A DNA stretch of 60,624 nt, counting the filler, from Sphacelaria rigidula (taxonomy: Eukaryota), in the NCBI GenBank assembly GCA_964200075.2. It is 9 parts of 9 records of this genome, joined end to end, with 100 filler letters (N's around TTAATTAATTAA, not from the genome) between each part and the next. Parts side by side here need not be neighbours in the genome. Positions count along the whole stretch, not along the records: positions 6,749 to 13,395 come from CAXNAA020018841.1; positions 13,496 to 20,142 come from CAXNAA020018842.1; positions 20,243 to 26,889 come from CAXNAA020018843.1; 6 more parts are not named here. One strand, written 5' to 3'. Shown here one piece after another: positions 13,327-25,786 of the stretch. How positions within the stretch are numbered: the first letter of the stretch is position 1; each line of letters starts with the position of its first letter. The notes under the pieces were generated by a model, which saw only the letters and a program-made list of their open reading frames with translations, made no database searches and was not told the DNA's origin. A program made the translations under genes and the position numbers.

Positions 13327-13395
13327 GGGGGTGTACTCATAATCATGCGTGCCATAGTCATATGACCATTGACCTCGCATCCCTACAAAGCCAGG
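13327..13395 (-). mobile_element. 3' end of C-run-associated LINE (subfamily B), cut by contig end
   Basis: GGGGGTGTACTCAT.ATCATGC.TGCCATAGTCAT..GACCATTGACCTCGCATCCCTACAAAGCC, near-identical to 33564-33636, 40309-40383 and 53804-53877. Confidence 0.75.
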
Positions 13396-13495
13396 NNNNN
13401 NNNNNNNNNNNNNNNNNNNNNNNNNNNNNNNNNNNNNNNTTAATTAATTAANNNNNNNNNNNNNNNNNNNNNNNNNNNNNNNNNNNNNNNNNNNN

Positions 13496-13680
13496 CTCAC
13501 TTTCTTCTTTATTATTTATTCCTGTTCAGCTTGTATCGCGTTTTGTGAGTTTTAATCTGGGTCTATTTTGTTTTTCTTGGTTTATCGCTAGCCTGTGACC
13601 ACGGAAGGCGTCGGCATCAGATACCCAGTACGAATGTACCGCGCAGATATCGGGACGGTTTTTTAATGCGAAGACAACAA
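13496..13680 (+). mobile_element. RTE-type LINE 3' UTR/tail fragment
   Basis: AGCCTGTGACCACG.AAGGCGTC.GCATCAGAT...AAGACAACAA is shared with 21565-21781 and with the tail of the LINE at ~28745-28830. Confidence 0.7.
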
Positions 13681-14214
13681 CGATGGGGAAACTGCCAGCA
13701 TTTTGATCATCTAATGATTTGTCACTGATAATATCAGCTTGGCCCAAAATAAAAGTGCGGGCAGCAGCGGGTGACGCGAAGTCACCCTGGAACGGTCTCA
13801 ACGAGTAGAGCAAGTCATTTAAAGGCGTCAACATCCGCCTAGCCCTTTTTTCGGGCGTGAAACGACGGGGAAGGGCCCACAAGGCAGATTTTCACAGGCT
13901 GTAAAGCTGTCTGTACTCTGCATACAGGAGGATGTGAAGGACTCAGATAGTGTCCATGATGGTGTTCGATCTTTGCACCAGCGTGTATATGAAGCTTGTA
14001 TGTCACGTTGTGTCACGTTGCCCGCTTCTTATCCAAATCGCGCCTGCATCCTGTACGCAACATACTTCGCACAGGCAGGATCTGTCTAGATATTTTTTGC
14101 ACTGCAGTCTGGATTGAACGCAAGTTGAGAAGTACAGACTCGCCAAATTTCTCGACTCGAACCAGCACTAGTTCGTGTGGCGAATTCGATCCAGGTCGTT
14201 TTGCTGTGTGATGA

Positions 14215-14370
14215 GGCCGGATGTTATGGCACACAGAGTTTTGGCCCACGGAATGTTCACCTTTGGGACGTTTGTTGACGGTTCCCCTGTTTGGGGGTCG
14301 AAAAGTGGGTCAAACGTCCCAAAAGTGAACAATCCGTGGGCCAAAAATCTGTGTGCCATAACATCCGGCC
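14215..14370. mobile_element. PIF/Harbinger-like MITE with ~60-bp TIR
   Basis: GGCCGGATGTTATGGCACACAGA...TCTGTGTGCCATAACATCCGGCC; 3-bp flanks TGA/CGA (one mismatch). Confidence 0.7.
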
Positions 14371-14749
14371 CGAGTCCGAGCGAATTCGCTCGGGCTCGGG
14401 TCGAAAAAGCTGAACGAAATTCGTGGAGCCACCCTTGTTCACATGTTTCATGTTTCACTACAGACAGTACACGATGGAAGTCATACATCCTTTCATTATT
14501 CTCTGCCGTGTGTTCGTGGACTTGGGGGTTTTTCAACCTACCCGTCGCACGCAAATAATTATAAAATTGATTTGAAACCATCTGAGGAACAAATATGCTA
14601 TGGATGTGTCACATACGAGGTGATCACAAATTCTGACCACTGCGATTCCATCGCACGTTTTCGAGTCGGACAATTTGTTGAAATCCGACCTCGACACACC
14701 ACACGAAGGAAGTAGAAGGGCGGACAGGCTCGCAGTACTATGCCCACAA

Positions 14750-15140
14750 TATCGTCAGCGTCAGCGGACGGTACAGAAAATCCCGAAGTCAAGCGGGGCG
14801 GGCATGGTCGCAATACCACTTATATGCCTCCCCTATTTGATCATGTCAGCGTCAGCGGACAGAAAGTCAGTCTAGGAAACACGTGTCAGCGTCAGCGGAC
14901 AGAATATCAATGTAGGAAACACCAAGGAAAACGTTTGTTGGGTTTCGATGTTATATCATTCAGCGAGCCAACGTCTGGAGCGCGCACAGTATAACATAGT
15001 CTAGAGACAGGCTCATGTCAGCGTCAGCGGACAAGAATTCACACATGCAGGTTTTGATGTCAGCATCGGCGGACAAAAAACGAAAGATGTGAGCATGAAA
15101 TTTAAACATGCCGGTTTCGATGTCAGCGTCAGCGGACAGG
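14750..15140 (+). repeat. Six dispersed GTCAGCGTCAGCGGAC motifs
   Basis: Motif at ~14754, 14846, 14886, 15017, 15059 (variant) and 15122; resembles transposon subterminal binding repeats. Confidence 0.7.
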
Positions 15141-18100
15141 CAGAGGGTGAAAAACCCTTCGACCAAATTCAAATCGGTCGCGAGAGACGAAGTGGAGGGG
15201 ATGGGAGAACAAGAAGTAGTTTGATTCTCCCGCTCCTGCTCCTTCTCGACACTGTCGGGAACGATCGACAGTGGAGATATGTGATGGAAGCTACTCGCGT
15301 GCATCGAGTTTCCTTCGGGTGGAGCACTGAAACCACAAGACAAAAAACATGAGAAAAAACGTATCTTCAATTCCTCTTTTCGTTCAAAAAGTCGTGTATC
15401 ACCCATCCTTTCCATCATCTCACAAGGAGAATGACGGGATGAAAGCCGCCGTCTAGTTCCTCATCTCGCTGCCCCACTCCCCATTACATCCCAGATTTTG
15501 GAACCAAAAATAAACTCAAGAAAGGAAAAAACACTGGAAGAACACTCGGTTGCCGCCGGTGACATATATCTACACCCTACACATCAACATACAGAGAAGC
15601 ACGGCGACAAGAAACGCAGCGAAAACCGAGCTGTCAATGACCGACTCCACTATAAGAGGCGATACATAGACTTTGCACCGGTTGCTCGAGAAATAAAAAA
15701 AACACACTCGTATACTTCATCCTACTGTGCCGCCTTGCCCCCTTCCCTCCCTCCAGACAGTCCATCGATGTGAGACAAATGTTTAGACAAAACACAAACG
15801 CAGGTGTGTACTCAGACTGATTTGGGTATCGGAGGGTAAACGTGCCAGCGCTTCGCTTGTAGATTACCGCGATCCTACAAATGTGTATGCCGACAGAACG
15901 CGAACGCACACGTTCATGTAGAGTACTGCAGTCTGTCGCTTCTCACACACCACTCAAAACCACGCCACCCACCGACAATGAACCCCCTCTGCCCAACAAA
16001 CTCCTGACAATTCTGTCGGAATGACAAAAGATTACGCCGAAGCCTTCATACCGCAGCGTGCTTGCTGAAACAAGCACATCGACCACCCTTGGAAAATATT
16101 CACAAGCCAAGGCAACAAAAAAAAGCACCTCGAGAGTACAACATCGCGAAAGAATACTACCGAGACAAAACAAAAACTGTTGTGCGACTTGGATGACCAT
16201 GAAACAAAACGCGGATTTTTTACTCTTTCGGCAATTCGTCGTTTGCCCTTCGGGTTCACCTTTTCGACTCCACGACCGTTGTACGTAGGTGGAACTTTCC
16301 CCTCTCCACACAGAAAAATATCCCACAACCGAGACACCAGTAAGCAGCCAAGACACAAGTATGCGCCAACCCAGACGAGGGGGCGACGGGAAAATCTCCA
16401 CAGAGACGCTTCGACGCGGGTCTGGAACATTCCACTCGCGTTTCACACCGTGTCTTGTCGGATCGAGCAGGGAGAAAATTAAAATTTCCTTGCTCACGAA
16501 CTGAAAAAAAAATACCCACGCTACTGACGTGTAGGACGTCTCGATTCGATTTCAAATTTCTGATTTTTTTCGATGAGGACAAAAATACACCACAACCAGT
16601 CCCCTGACCTTCGGGCCCCAACCCCCCGTCAACCATTTCGATCATTTTCCCCTCTTCCTCCACATTCGCTTCTTCCCTCCCTCCCTCTCCGAAAAGAAAG
16701 GGAGGGATACAAAAATGGTGCGAAACTTGAAAAAAAATCAAAACATGTTGACGACAGGAGGGGGGTGTCGGCAAAGTGAACCAAATATGCCGATTTCTTG
16801 TTTTTGCTTTTTCCCGGATTCTTCCCTCGTTGGCGCTATCCTGCCCCAAGGGGCGGAATCACGACCAAATTTTCAAAAATAAATCGGGAATATGTAAGGC
16901 CTGCACGCCCTATCGGTATAAACCACCGCGCCGGGCTGTCGGTGAACCAAGGTGCACGACAACAGCACGGTGAGGGGGATGAGCTACGAGGAGGATTCAA
17001 TGGTGGTGACAGGACGGGGCGTTGAGCGGGCGAGATAAGTGGAGGGGAAGAGAACTTTGGGGATTTTCCCAACCTCCCAATTGCCTGCCCCTGATGAAAA
17101 AAATAGCAACAACCCTCAACCCCCCAGTTTCAAATTTCCTCGACAATGTGACATGCGTTCAACTATACCGAAAGTACAGCGGACATGCAACGGACAACAA
17201 ATATGTCTCTCTCCACAAAACTCGATACAACAACCAAAGAACTGACTGTATTTCGCCGGATCTTGGATACACAGCTATACTACATTACACCTAGTCAGCT
17301 AATCCGAGTGGTTGGGTCGAGACGTAATTACGACGCCGAATCGAATCCGCTGTGCGAGATGTAGAGGGAATACAAATATCGCTCCAGATTATGTGGAACT
17401 GTTTTGCCTAAAGTTCGCACATCTGTACACTATTAATAGCTCTTCATGGTAAGCCGACCCGTTCGTTCAGTCTGGCCGAGATTTTGACCCGTCCACGCGA
17501 ACAGTGTTTCATCTGTAGAATCGGCAATATTTTTCGACTGAAAAATGAGTACCAAGACTCCAGTGTCAACATTAGCGAGCGTCAACAGGGCAAGACTCAG
17601 GGTTGCGTGCATGTTGCGCATGGTCTGATTGCGTTTTCCCGCAAGTCTCCAAGGAGATCTTCGAATCAAAACGTACATCAGACAGGCAGCGGCGCAGTCT
17701 TCGGTTTGCAAAGAGCGTTAATGATGTACACGATGAAAAAGTCAAAGACAGAACAATTATTGAGCCCACAAACTCCCTTGTCATCAAATATCTGACGCAA
17801 AATATAAACTCAACTTCCAACAAAAACGCGGGACTAAAGCTCACCAAATGCTCAAGAAGCGCAAATGAAGAAGCGCCCCGCAATCCATACCGACGAGCTG
17901 TCAACTGCTACATCAGTTTAGCGTACCATCGATTATCCCGTTGATGTACATGGACAAGCACGCGCTATCAATCTCGAGAGATGCGAAGGCGTGAAAGGAG
18001 TCTGCGCCTCTTGCATCACTATTTTAGAATAAAAAAATCACAAGAGGGCGACACATACATGGAAAAAGCCCAACTGACACCTCAACAAAAAGAAAACACC

Positions 18101-18384
18101 CACACCTTGCCCCTCCCCCGTCAGCTCAACGCGGTTCGACAACACGATTGCCGCTGAGCCAACAGGATAGCCCAGAGGAGCCATGGTCGCCGCGCCGCCC
18201 ACCTCTAGCGGTCCTCGTCATCACGGAGCTCGACAGACGCTCAACGGCCCATGTTAGTGGCATTGGGTGACGCCATCTTCGCTCTCACCACACCTGATCC
18301 GCTTGCACCGATCAGAGAAAAGAATAAAAAACGAGAAACTTTCACGTCTTCACCCCACTGCACCTTCTCCCATCTCCGCCAAAA

Positions 18385-18846
18385 TCAAGCCAAGAAGACA
18401 GCGGCGACGGTCATCGCAGCAAGAGCCACCGCCGAAGGCACAACCTTCCAAACCCCAGAGGTCACGGGCGCGTCCGTGAACAGCAGTCCGTCAACCGCAG
18501 CTGTCGGAGCCATCGACACTCCGATATCCCGACTGGCAGCGGTGGGTGATGCTGTCGAGAAATCACTCGTCGAGGACCCGCCCGACCCGTCCGAAACAGT
18601 CACAGAGGGGGCCGGAGTGGCCAGGCCCCTGGATAGATCGTCGGTAGGAGTGGCGGTAGGGGCCATGGTGTACCCCTCGACCTGCAGCTGTCGCTCGATG
18701 AAGTCCTCGTCAAGCTCGGCATCTAGAAGGTCGAGCAGGTCGGCGCTCTCGAACCGGGAAAGCTTTTGAGAAACTGGCGACGCGATGACCGAGGACATCA
18801 TGACAGTCACGGTCAACGCGTAGATCATAGAGCGTGCGGACACCAT
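18385..18846 (-). CDS. Secreted Ser/Thr/Pro/Ala-rich protein, probably GPI-anchored (AGP/mucin-like), 153 aa
   Basis: ATG-to-stop single ORF: N-terminal signal peptide (IYALTVTVMMSSVIA|SP), acidic prodomain ending RQLQ, APT/TPT/SPT-rich stalk, then TSG + spacer + hydrophobic C-terminus with no cytoplasmic tail. Confidence 0.8.
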   Translation of the reverse strand: MVSARSMIYALTVTVMMSSVIASPVSQKLSRFESADLLDLLDAELDEDFIERQLQVEGYTMAPTATPTDDLSRGLATPAPSVTVSDGSGGSSTSDFSTASPTAASRDIGVSMAPTAAVDGLLFTDAPVTSGVWKVVPSAVALAAMTVAAVFLA

Positions 18847-21564
18847 ATTGCTAAGTAGTATGCTCGGCTTGAGTCGTAGTCGGAGTTGCAGCAGCAGACG
18901 TACGGTAGTACGAGAGCTGAGAGTTGACCCTGGGAGAGGTATGCAGAGAGTGTGTGGAGTCGTGTGGTGTGTAGACTGGATGGTTCGTGAGAATGAGGAG
19001 GGTGGGGGGGTGGGGGCTTTTGGCTTTTGGCTTTTGAGCCACCCTCCATTCTATTGTACCGGTAGATATGATAAATTGTCTGCCGAATTTTCCAGGAGAT
19101 TCCCCTAACAAAATCCCATATGTTTCATGTGGGAGGAAAATTCTGATGACCCTCCAAGAACCGTTCGCAAAGAACCGGAGGAATATACGCTCATACTACA
19201 GTACTCACTCCCGGTACCCTACACCCTCGGTCCGCCGCCATCCAGAACAAAAATTCGAGAAACAGTCCGATCGGATTTTCCTCAGGTCCTATCCGTTCAG
19301 CAGTGCGTTGTAGGAGGTACAGCACTTACTGGGCTGTCTGTATGGTGGTACGTGCAGTTGTACCGTACATGCTGTATACTTCTTCCCTTCTTCTCACGCC
19401 ACAGTAGTGCCACAAAGACTGGATTAACGTTGTTTTCACACCATGATACAGGAAGAGCACCCCTTTGCATCTTCAACGGCTTTGTGAGACTAATCGTTCC
19501 AGAACGCCAGCCAACCCTGACGACGGTGCGACTATCGCATTCATGAGTGAAGGGATATGAACGGCAAAGAAGGCTGATCATTGAAAAAATGTGAGGAAAC
19601 GCCTGCTGCTCTGCTTGGGTCAGTGATTTGTGAGCAAGGGGTTACGGGGTATTCGGGATATACTGTACTGCGGCACTGTGGCGATATTTGATGAGCGCTG
19701 CTAGCAAAAGTTCACTACTTTCGGATGAAACTCAGGGTTTACGTGCATTGGGCCCTAAGTAGCAGAGGAGTAGCAGCGCGGTGCATGTACGCCGCCGTCA
19801 AGTGCGGACCCGCCTGAAAAAAACTGTCAAGCCTTTAACGCACATATATGTATGTATGTATGTATGCGTGTATGTATGCTGGGTGTGGTTCTCGCAAAGA
19901 GAAAGAAGAGCTCGTCGGCTGTGGCGTAACGGTTACTAATAACATTTAATAGAAAAAAAATATTAATACTTTTAATTTATTAATTAAATTAAAGATCGTT
20001 TGAGGATGGATGGTTGGATGGTTGATTTCTTTTTTTGAGCAAGGGAAAGACAATTATCAGCCGGCATATTAGATGAAAATAGCTTTCTGAGCTGAACCCC
20101 TAACATGGTGGCCATACTACTCTCCTTGTGGCACCTGTCTTTNNNNNNNNNNNNNNNNNNNNNNNNNNNNNNNNNNNNNNNNNNNNTTAATTAATTAANN
20201 NNNNNNNNNNNNNNNNNNNNNNNNNNNNNNNNNNNNNNNNNNTATACCGAAAGGTGTAGACTGGTGCCCAGAATAAATGGGACGACAACACAACACAACA
20301 ACACACTCTGAAGTTTCAACCCGTCCACTCTGCACTCTGACTCTATGATCAGAAACAAAATCTTCCGAAACTCTCTAATGACACAAGCACACGCGTCATT
20401 GCTCGTTGTGTTTTAAAAAAACATCCACGAGTGCACTCGTTTCGACGAATAATGACTCGTCCGACGTGTGCAAAATTTCACCTCAAACTTCGAAAGATTG
20501 CGCCGCGCATGGCCTGTGCACGGAGGCGACGGAGCCAGCCGGCCCAGCTCGTTTCTCATGCTGAACAATTTGTACGGTGCCGCAGTTCTTTCGGGACTGT
20601 CACGAGGGACACTCACACGTAGTGCTCAACGTGATAAAATTCCGAAGGTGGTCAATTTGCGTTGATCATGTCGTGATGATATGGCGACGATGAGGCGGAG
20701 GCAGCTTTACACCCGTTTTTTGCTCGTCAAATCATGGGAGTTGGGAGGTGCAAAGGTGTAAAAACCCTACCGGGCGTTTTGTGATTTCAGATGTGACTCA
20801 TCCTCAACCATGAGTCATCTGTTCAGCTCCACTCAAAACAACGTTATATTGACAGTGTGTGAAAAACGAGGAATGTGCACATGACGTTTTCGACTTCCCA
20901 CCACGGAACTGTTTCTGCGAACAGCCCTTCTATCCGCCCTGCCCCAATCCAGTCATATAGGCATGGCAGGATTATGGTCCCCTTTTCAGCGCTTTTCACC
21001 GGTACACTGTTTTGATGCGGCAACGGGGGATAAGGACGGTGCAGGCGTTGCTTTGTTGACTTGTGTGGAGGTAGCCCATCCGCGTCAAGAAGTGAATATA
21101 CAGGTGAATGCACAGCTAGCTCGTCTCAGGTTAGTCCTGCGCCATCTATTCCGACCGGTTGAACAGAAATCGCACGAGCAGTACTTGTGCAACGTATTTT
21201 CTGGTCGATGTAAAATAATCACTTGGCTTCACACTAGAAGTAGTTATTAGCCCAGCCTGTGGCGAGCTACACGCGCACACAAGGCTGCTTTCGGCGGAAT
21301 CTGTCACCTACTTCGCGATACAGCACATGGGGATCCGCGTTGGAACCAAGCGCGTGATATGTATAAAACAGTTGTATAACACAAACGGTACATCAGACGG
21401 TACACCAATCAATCCATCGGCTGCCAAGACCAACTGTAGCGTACCAAACGTACTGGTATTACCTTCCTTTAATGTTTTTCGCGTCGAGTTGGAAGAACCG
21501 AGAGCCACCTCCTGAAGTCCGAATGGCCACCTGCGTCACCGGATCTTCTGAGGTTAGTCATACG

Positions 21565-21781
21565 TACTCCCTTTCTTCTTTATTATTTATTCCTGTTTTG
21601 CTTGTATCGCGTTTTGTCAGTATTAATCTGGGTCGATTTCGGGTTTTTGGGGTTTTTTGCCAGCCTGTGACCACGAAAGGCGTCCGCATCAGATGCCCAG
21701 TACGAATGTACCGCGCAGAGATCGGAACGGTTTTGAATGTAAAGACAACAACAACAACAACAACAACGACGACAACAACAC
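21565..21781 (+). mobile_element. RTE-type LINE 3' end with (CAA)n tail
   Basis: Homologous to 13496-13680; ends GTAAAGACAACAACAACAACAACAACAAC. Confidence 0.75.
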
Positions 21782-22160
21782 AGCCTCCTGGTCCATGTTA
21801 TGCACAAGCCGTTACTAGTCGATCCATGTGGAGTTGACCAGAATTGGGCTACAAGGTACCCCATACATGGTTCATATGACGTGATATGGATGTGAACAAC
21901 AATCGGATCTTCAGTGGGGCTTCACAGTCCCGTGTGCTTCTAGCGTGCGCCAAACGCGTTTTCGTCCAAGTCAGCGCCACCCAAATCGACACCACACGCG
22001 CTGATTTGAGGTCCACAAATGTGACACTTTTGCCTCGTAAGGAACCCTTTGCCCTCCCTTGCCCGAAGGCTCTCGGGACCTCTTGGGTTGGGGTTACGGT
22101 CACGGTTAGCGATAGTTCGATGATGTGTCAACCATGGTGGTATATCCTCGACACACAGGA

Positions 22161-22584
22161 TCTTACAAATTGGAGATGGATCTTTTATTGGGGATGAGGA
22201 ACCCGGAGAATTGAAATCTTCGTACCCACACCAAATTTTCGAAATATGGTTCCATTTCTTCACTTACTGATAGCTTTTGACAACTGCTACACGCCACAGA
22301 AATTTGGATTTCGATCACCGAAATGTTGGGGTCCTGAATGAAAAACAATTTCGGAACCATGTTGGCGTCCGTTCGGACACCCGGAATTCCCCAAAATTGG
22401 TTTTTTCACCCAGGACCCCAACATTTCGGTGCTCGAAATTCAAATTGTGTGGCGTGTAGCAGTTGTCAAAAGCTATCAGTAGGTGAAGAAATGTAACCAT
22501 ATTTCGAAGATTTAGTGTGGATATGAAGATTTTGATTCTCCGGGTTCTCATCCCCAATAAAAGATCCATCCCCAATTTGTATGA
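22161..22584. mobile_element. Foldback MITE (~190-bp inverted arms), copy 1
   Basis: The left arm ACAAATTGGAGATGGATCTTTTATTGGGGATGAG... is the reverse complement of the right arm ...CTCATCCCCAATAAAAGATCCATCCCCAATTTGT; a diverged copy lies at ~43730-44110. Confidence 0.85.
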
Positions 22585-23119
22585 TGCCGTGTTACTAGCT
22601 TTTTCCATGTTTCTTGTACTAGCCCGAGGTGGTGCCGTCGAGAAATTCAGGATGTGACACATGGTACAGCTGCCATACCTGGTATATGTTGCACGCCGCA
22701 GATACGAGGTGTTGAACCGATTGTGCTGGTGGCTGTGGTCATTCGAGGCGCTGGTTGGGTTGACACGATTAGTATGATCATCCCGACCACGTGTGCTTTT
22801 GGTTTCATCGTCGTATGACAATTATCAAGGGTACAAGAGGATACTGGTATGGATGTTGTCTGTTGTACAGTAGCCATCCGCAACGTTAGCCGCTCGGGGG
22901 TGAATAATCAAAACAAGGCAGTTAGCAAGCATGTTCCAGGAATCGCCGTATCACTGAGGTTGCTTGATTCCGCGCCATCCCGATCGAAAGACGGCAGCGT
23001 AGCTCTTTGGGTACACTACAACATAACGCCCACTGCCTTCATTGAGGATTCGCCCCAAACCGTGATCAACGTGTTTGGTAAACCTTCCAAAAGATTACCG
23101 AGTACCCTACTTTGTCACA

Positions 23120-23600
23120 CCCAGCACAAGTTAGACCCACTTTTATGGCAACGATCTCGATTTGTACAAATATGAGGGTTTCAGCACGTCTACAGGCGAT
23201 TTTCTCCCGTGGATTAATTTTTCTGACCCCAGTCCGTTGAGCAATGTTTTTCGGCTAGCTGTGAGCAAACCAGATCGATTCTCCGATTTTCTGGGTGTTG
23301 ACTTTCGATTCATCACCTTTCTACTGAAATCGGGACACTTCCGCATCTTTCTCCCCCGATATATTTTTTTAATTGGGGGAGATACCGTAGTGTCCCGATT
23401 TGGGCAGAAAGGTGGTAAAATAAAAAGACAACGTCCAGAGAATCGGAGAGTTGATCTGGTTTGCTCACAGCTAGGCGAACAGCATTGCCCAACGGACGGG
23501 GGTCCGAAAAATCGAAAAATCAATCCACGGGAGAAAACCCCCTGTAAACGGGCTGAAATCCTACAAATCGAGATTTGTTGCCATGAAAAAATTAGCTCAC
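23120..23600. mobile_element. MITE with GACCCACTTTTATGGCAACGATCTCGATTTGTA-type TIR
   Basis: The left TIR matches the reverse complement of TACAAATCGAGATTTGTTGCCATGAAA at ~23562-23588; a related TIR pair occurs at 38308 and 39470. Confidence 0.6.
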
Positions 23601-24309
23601 AGCAACTCATTGGAGCAAGCGAGTGATGCCGCAACAGCCCCCCCCCCCCTCCCTCTTGTTGAGTACGCCCCCCCTCCCTCCAAACCGAACCAAACCAGCC
23701 CCAAGACTGTTACAAAGAAGACGACCACACAGCGAATCTGATTTCAGACTTCATGAAGCCCCTCATATGGGCGACAGCAGTGGCAAATGATTCAAAGCAC
23801 GGGACTCCCCAGCTGCTCGATGTGTTCGACTTTTGTCGTTTTCGTTTACCTGTAGACTTTGCTTCCTCAAACCAGCATTTTTTTTCGGGAGGGTCTATCG
23901 CGGCATCTCTAAACCCGTAATCGTATTTCACAAAAATTACGACCACCGCCTCCTTGGCTGTGCGGCCGGCCTATGCGGCTTGAATTCTGAGCCTGCCCAC
24001 TCGTCTCTCGTTGTGGCTATCGTCCCGCCCTCCCGTCCTCCTTTCCCTCCCCGGCTCCCCCTCCCCTTCGTCATTATTTTCCTCTTCCTCACCCTGCCCC
24101 AGCCACGCTAATATCAAGTGACTTGGTTCCCCCAGCTGGCCAAGCATCAAGTTACGTGGTCACCTACACTCGGTTCGAGTAACTTGCCTTCCCCACTCTA
24201 ACATGAAGTCACTCTTTTCGTGAAGACGTTCATGTGGAACTAGCTCCTGTGTAGTATAGGATCTAGGAAACCCCTTGGAGCGCCGCCTTCCAGCCTAGTC
24301 GAGCAAAAA

Positions 24310-24730
24310 CCCGGCGTGCGCCACCCCGGCTTTGTAGGGACGGACCTCCTACGGGGTCGGCGTCGGTTGGCAATGGCGCTGCAAAAGGCGCAACTCACTG
24401 CGTAAGCTAGGCAACCAGGTTATCGCTTTTTTTAGCGCCCTTGCGTTTTTTCGTGGTAACCATGATGGTCGAGCTAGATCACACTGTGCGGGGTAGGAGA
24501 CCCTCAATTCCGTGCAAAGGGAATGATCATACTCCATAGTGTTTGAATGGTGCGATATGAGACACCCATGAGGCAGTGTGTGCGTCGTGGCTGTCTCTGG
24601 AAATGGCGATACCAGAAAAGGAAGCAACTCAGCAGAGGATAGTCCTCCAAATGCAAGATAATCAGTATGCTTCGGGCCAAACAATCTTAGCAGGATGCAG
24701 CTGACCCTTCATAGGACTCGCCGAACACAT
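24310..24730 (+). mobile_element. Interspersed repeat (probable retroposon 3' region), homologous to 26990-27420 on the - strand
   Basis: Colinear ~400-bp similarity, e.g. CACTGCGTAAGCTAGGCAACCAGG and CTTCGGGCC.AACAATCTTAGCAGGATG.AGCT.ACCCTTCAT. Confidence 0.7.
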
Positions 24731-25061
24731 CACGGCGTTTCGCGCTTGGCGATTGATTACCAGCCTGGTTCGGGTTCTATTGGAGGAAGGGCTGCCGCGT
24801 GTGTGTCAATTTCAACCGACGCAGTAGCCGCTGTTGCTGACCCTTGTTTATGTCACAAGTTTGCACGTGCTACCTGCACTGTCTACGATCCCCTCCACGA
24901 CAAGAATGACCATGTCGTTGTCGAATCTAACCTGCGCCCTTTCATCATCTCAGAGACGGTATGGAGGCTTTCCACCCGTGTGTTGTACGTTGACTCGTAA
25001 TGAGTAATGGGGGTCGGTGGACACGACTGGTGAAGTCGATCCAAGCACACGTCGATCAGGT

Positions 25062-25786
25062 TGTTGTAGGAGAGTAGCACTACATAACCAGACAAAGTAA
25101 AGAGAACAAAGTGATGCTGGTGGGGGGCAACACCATGACAGCGCAGAGCCGTTCACCTAGACAGTACGCACGTGAGCCCTGTGTACACGCCAACTATGGT
25201 GGCGAATCCCACCGCATGAAACGGTCGAAACGTGAAACATGAAAAGACAAGCGCCTCTGTACTCTGCTATCAGTTTTGTGCCTTAGACTCTGCTGATTAG
25301 CCTATTCACTCGAGTGAGTGCGTTGTGCGGGTATGCGCAACCGTTTCAAGATCAACAATCCCATGGCCAGATTGAGTATCTAGCATGTGATTGAGAGTGA
25401 GAACCGGAATAATTGAAAGCCTTGATCCATGTATCGAAAGGTGCTTCCTGGGGGAGTACTTCACCGGGACAGTCGAGCAGCGGCTTGAATGAAAGCTTTA
25501 CGCCGTGGGATGTATAAGGCGCGAGAGGACCGTATTCCTTGGCTCAGGCACAGGGTAATGGTTTCAGATCTTTTATTGAAGAGCACCCAAGTTCTACTTT
25601 AACTTGTGAGAGTGCTGATGAGATGGAGGTAGATGAATGAGAATGGTTAAAGGCGGCGGGCTGTTCTACTGTTCTCAGCCGTACTGTACCACGTTTGCAC
25701 ACACTTGACTGTCGGTACTCGTACATCACCCCGACCCCCGGTTCTACGTAGATCCAGCAATACTGGGTATCTGAATCACTCGAACA
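25062..25786 (-). mobile_element. Putative 3' LTR of the Ty1/copia element
   Basis: On the - strand a polypurine tract AGGGGGAG (25787-25794) is followed immediately by TGTTCG. The candidate end ...CTACAACA at 25062 is inferred; the second LTR is not in the contig. Confidence 0.55.

Noticed and set aside
14750..15140. CRISPR-like repeat-spacer array
   Set aside because: The repeat is only ~16 bp, spacing is irregular, the context is eukaryotic and there are no cas genes.
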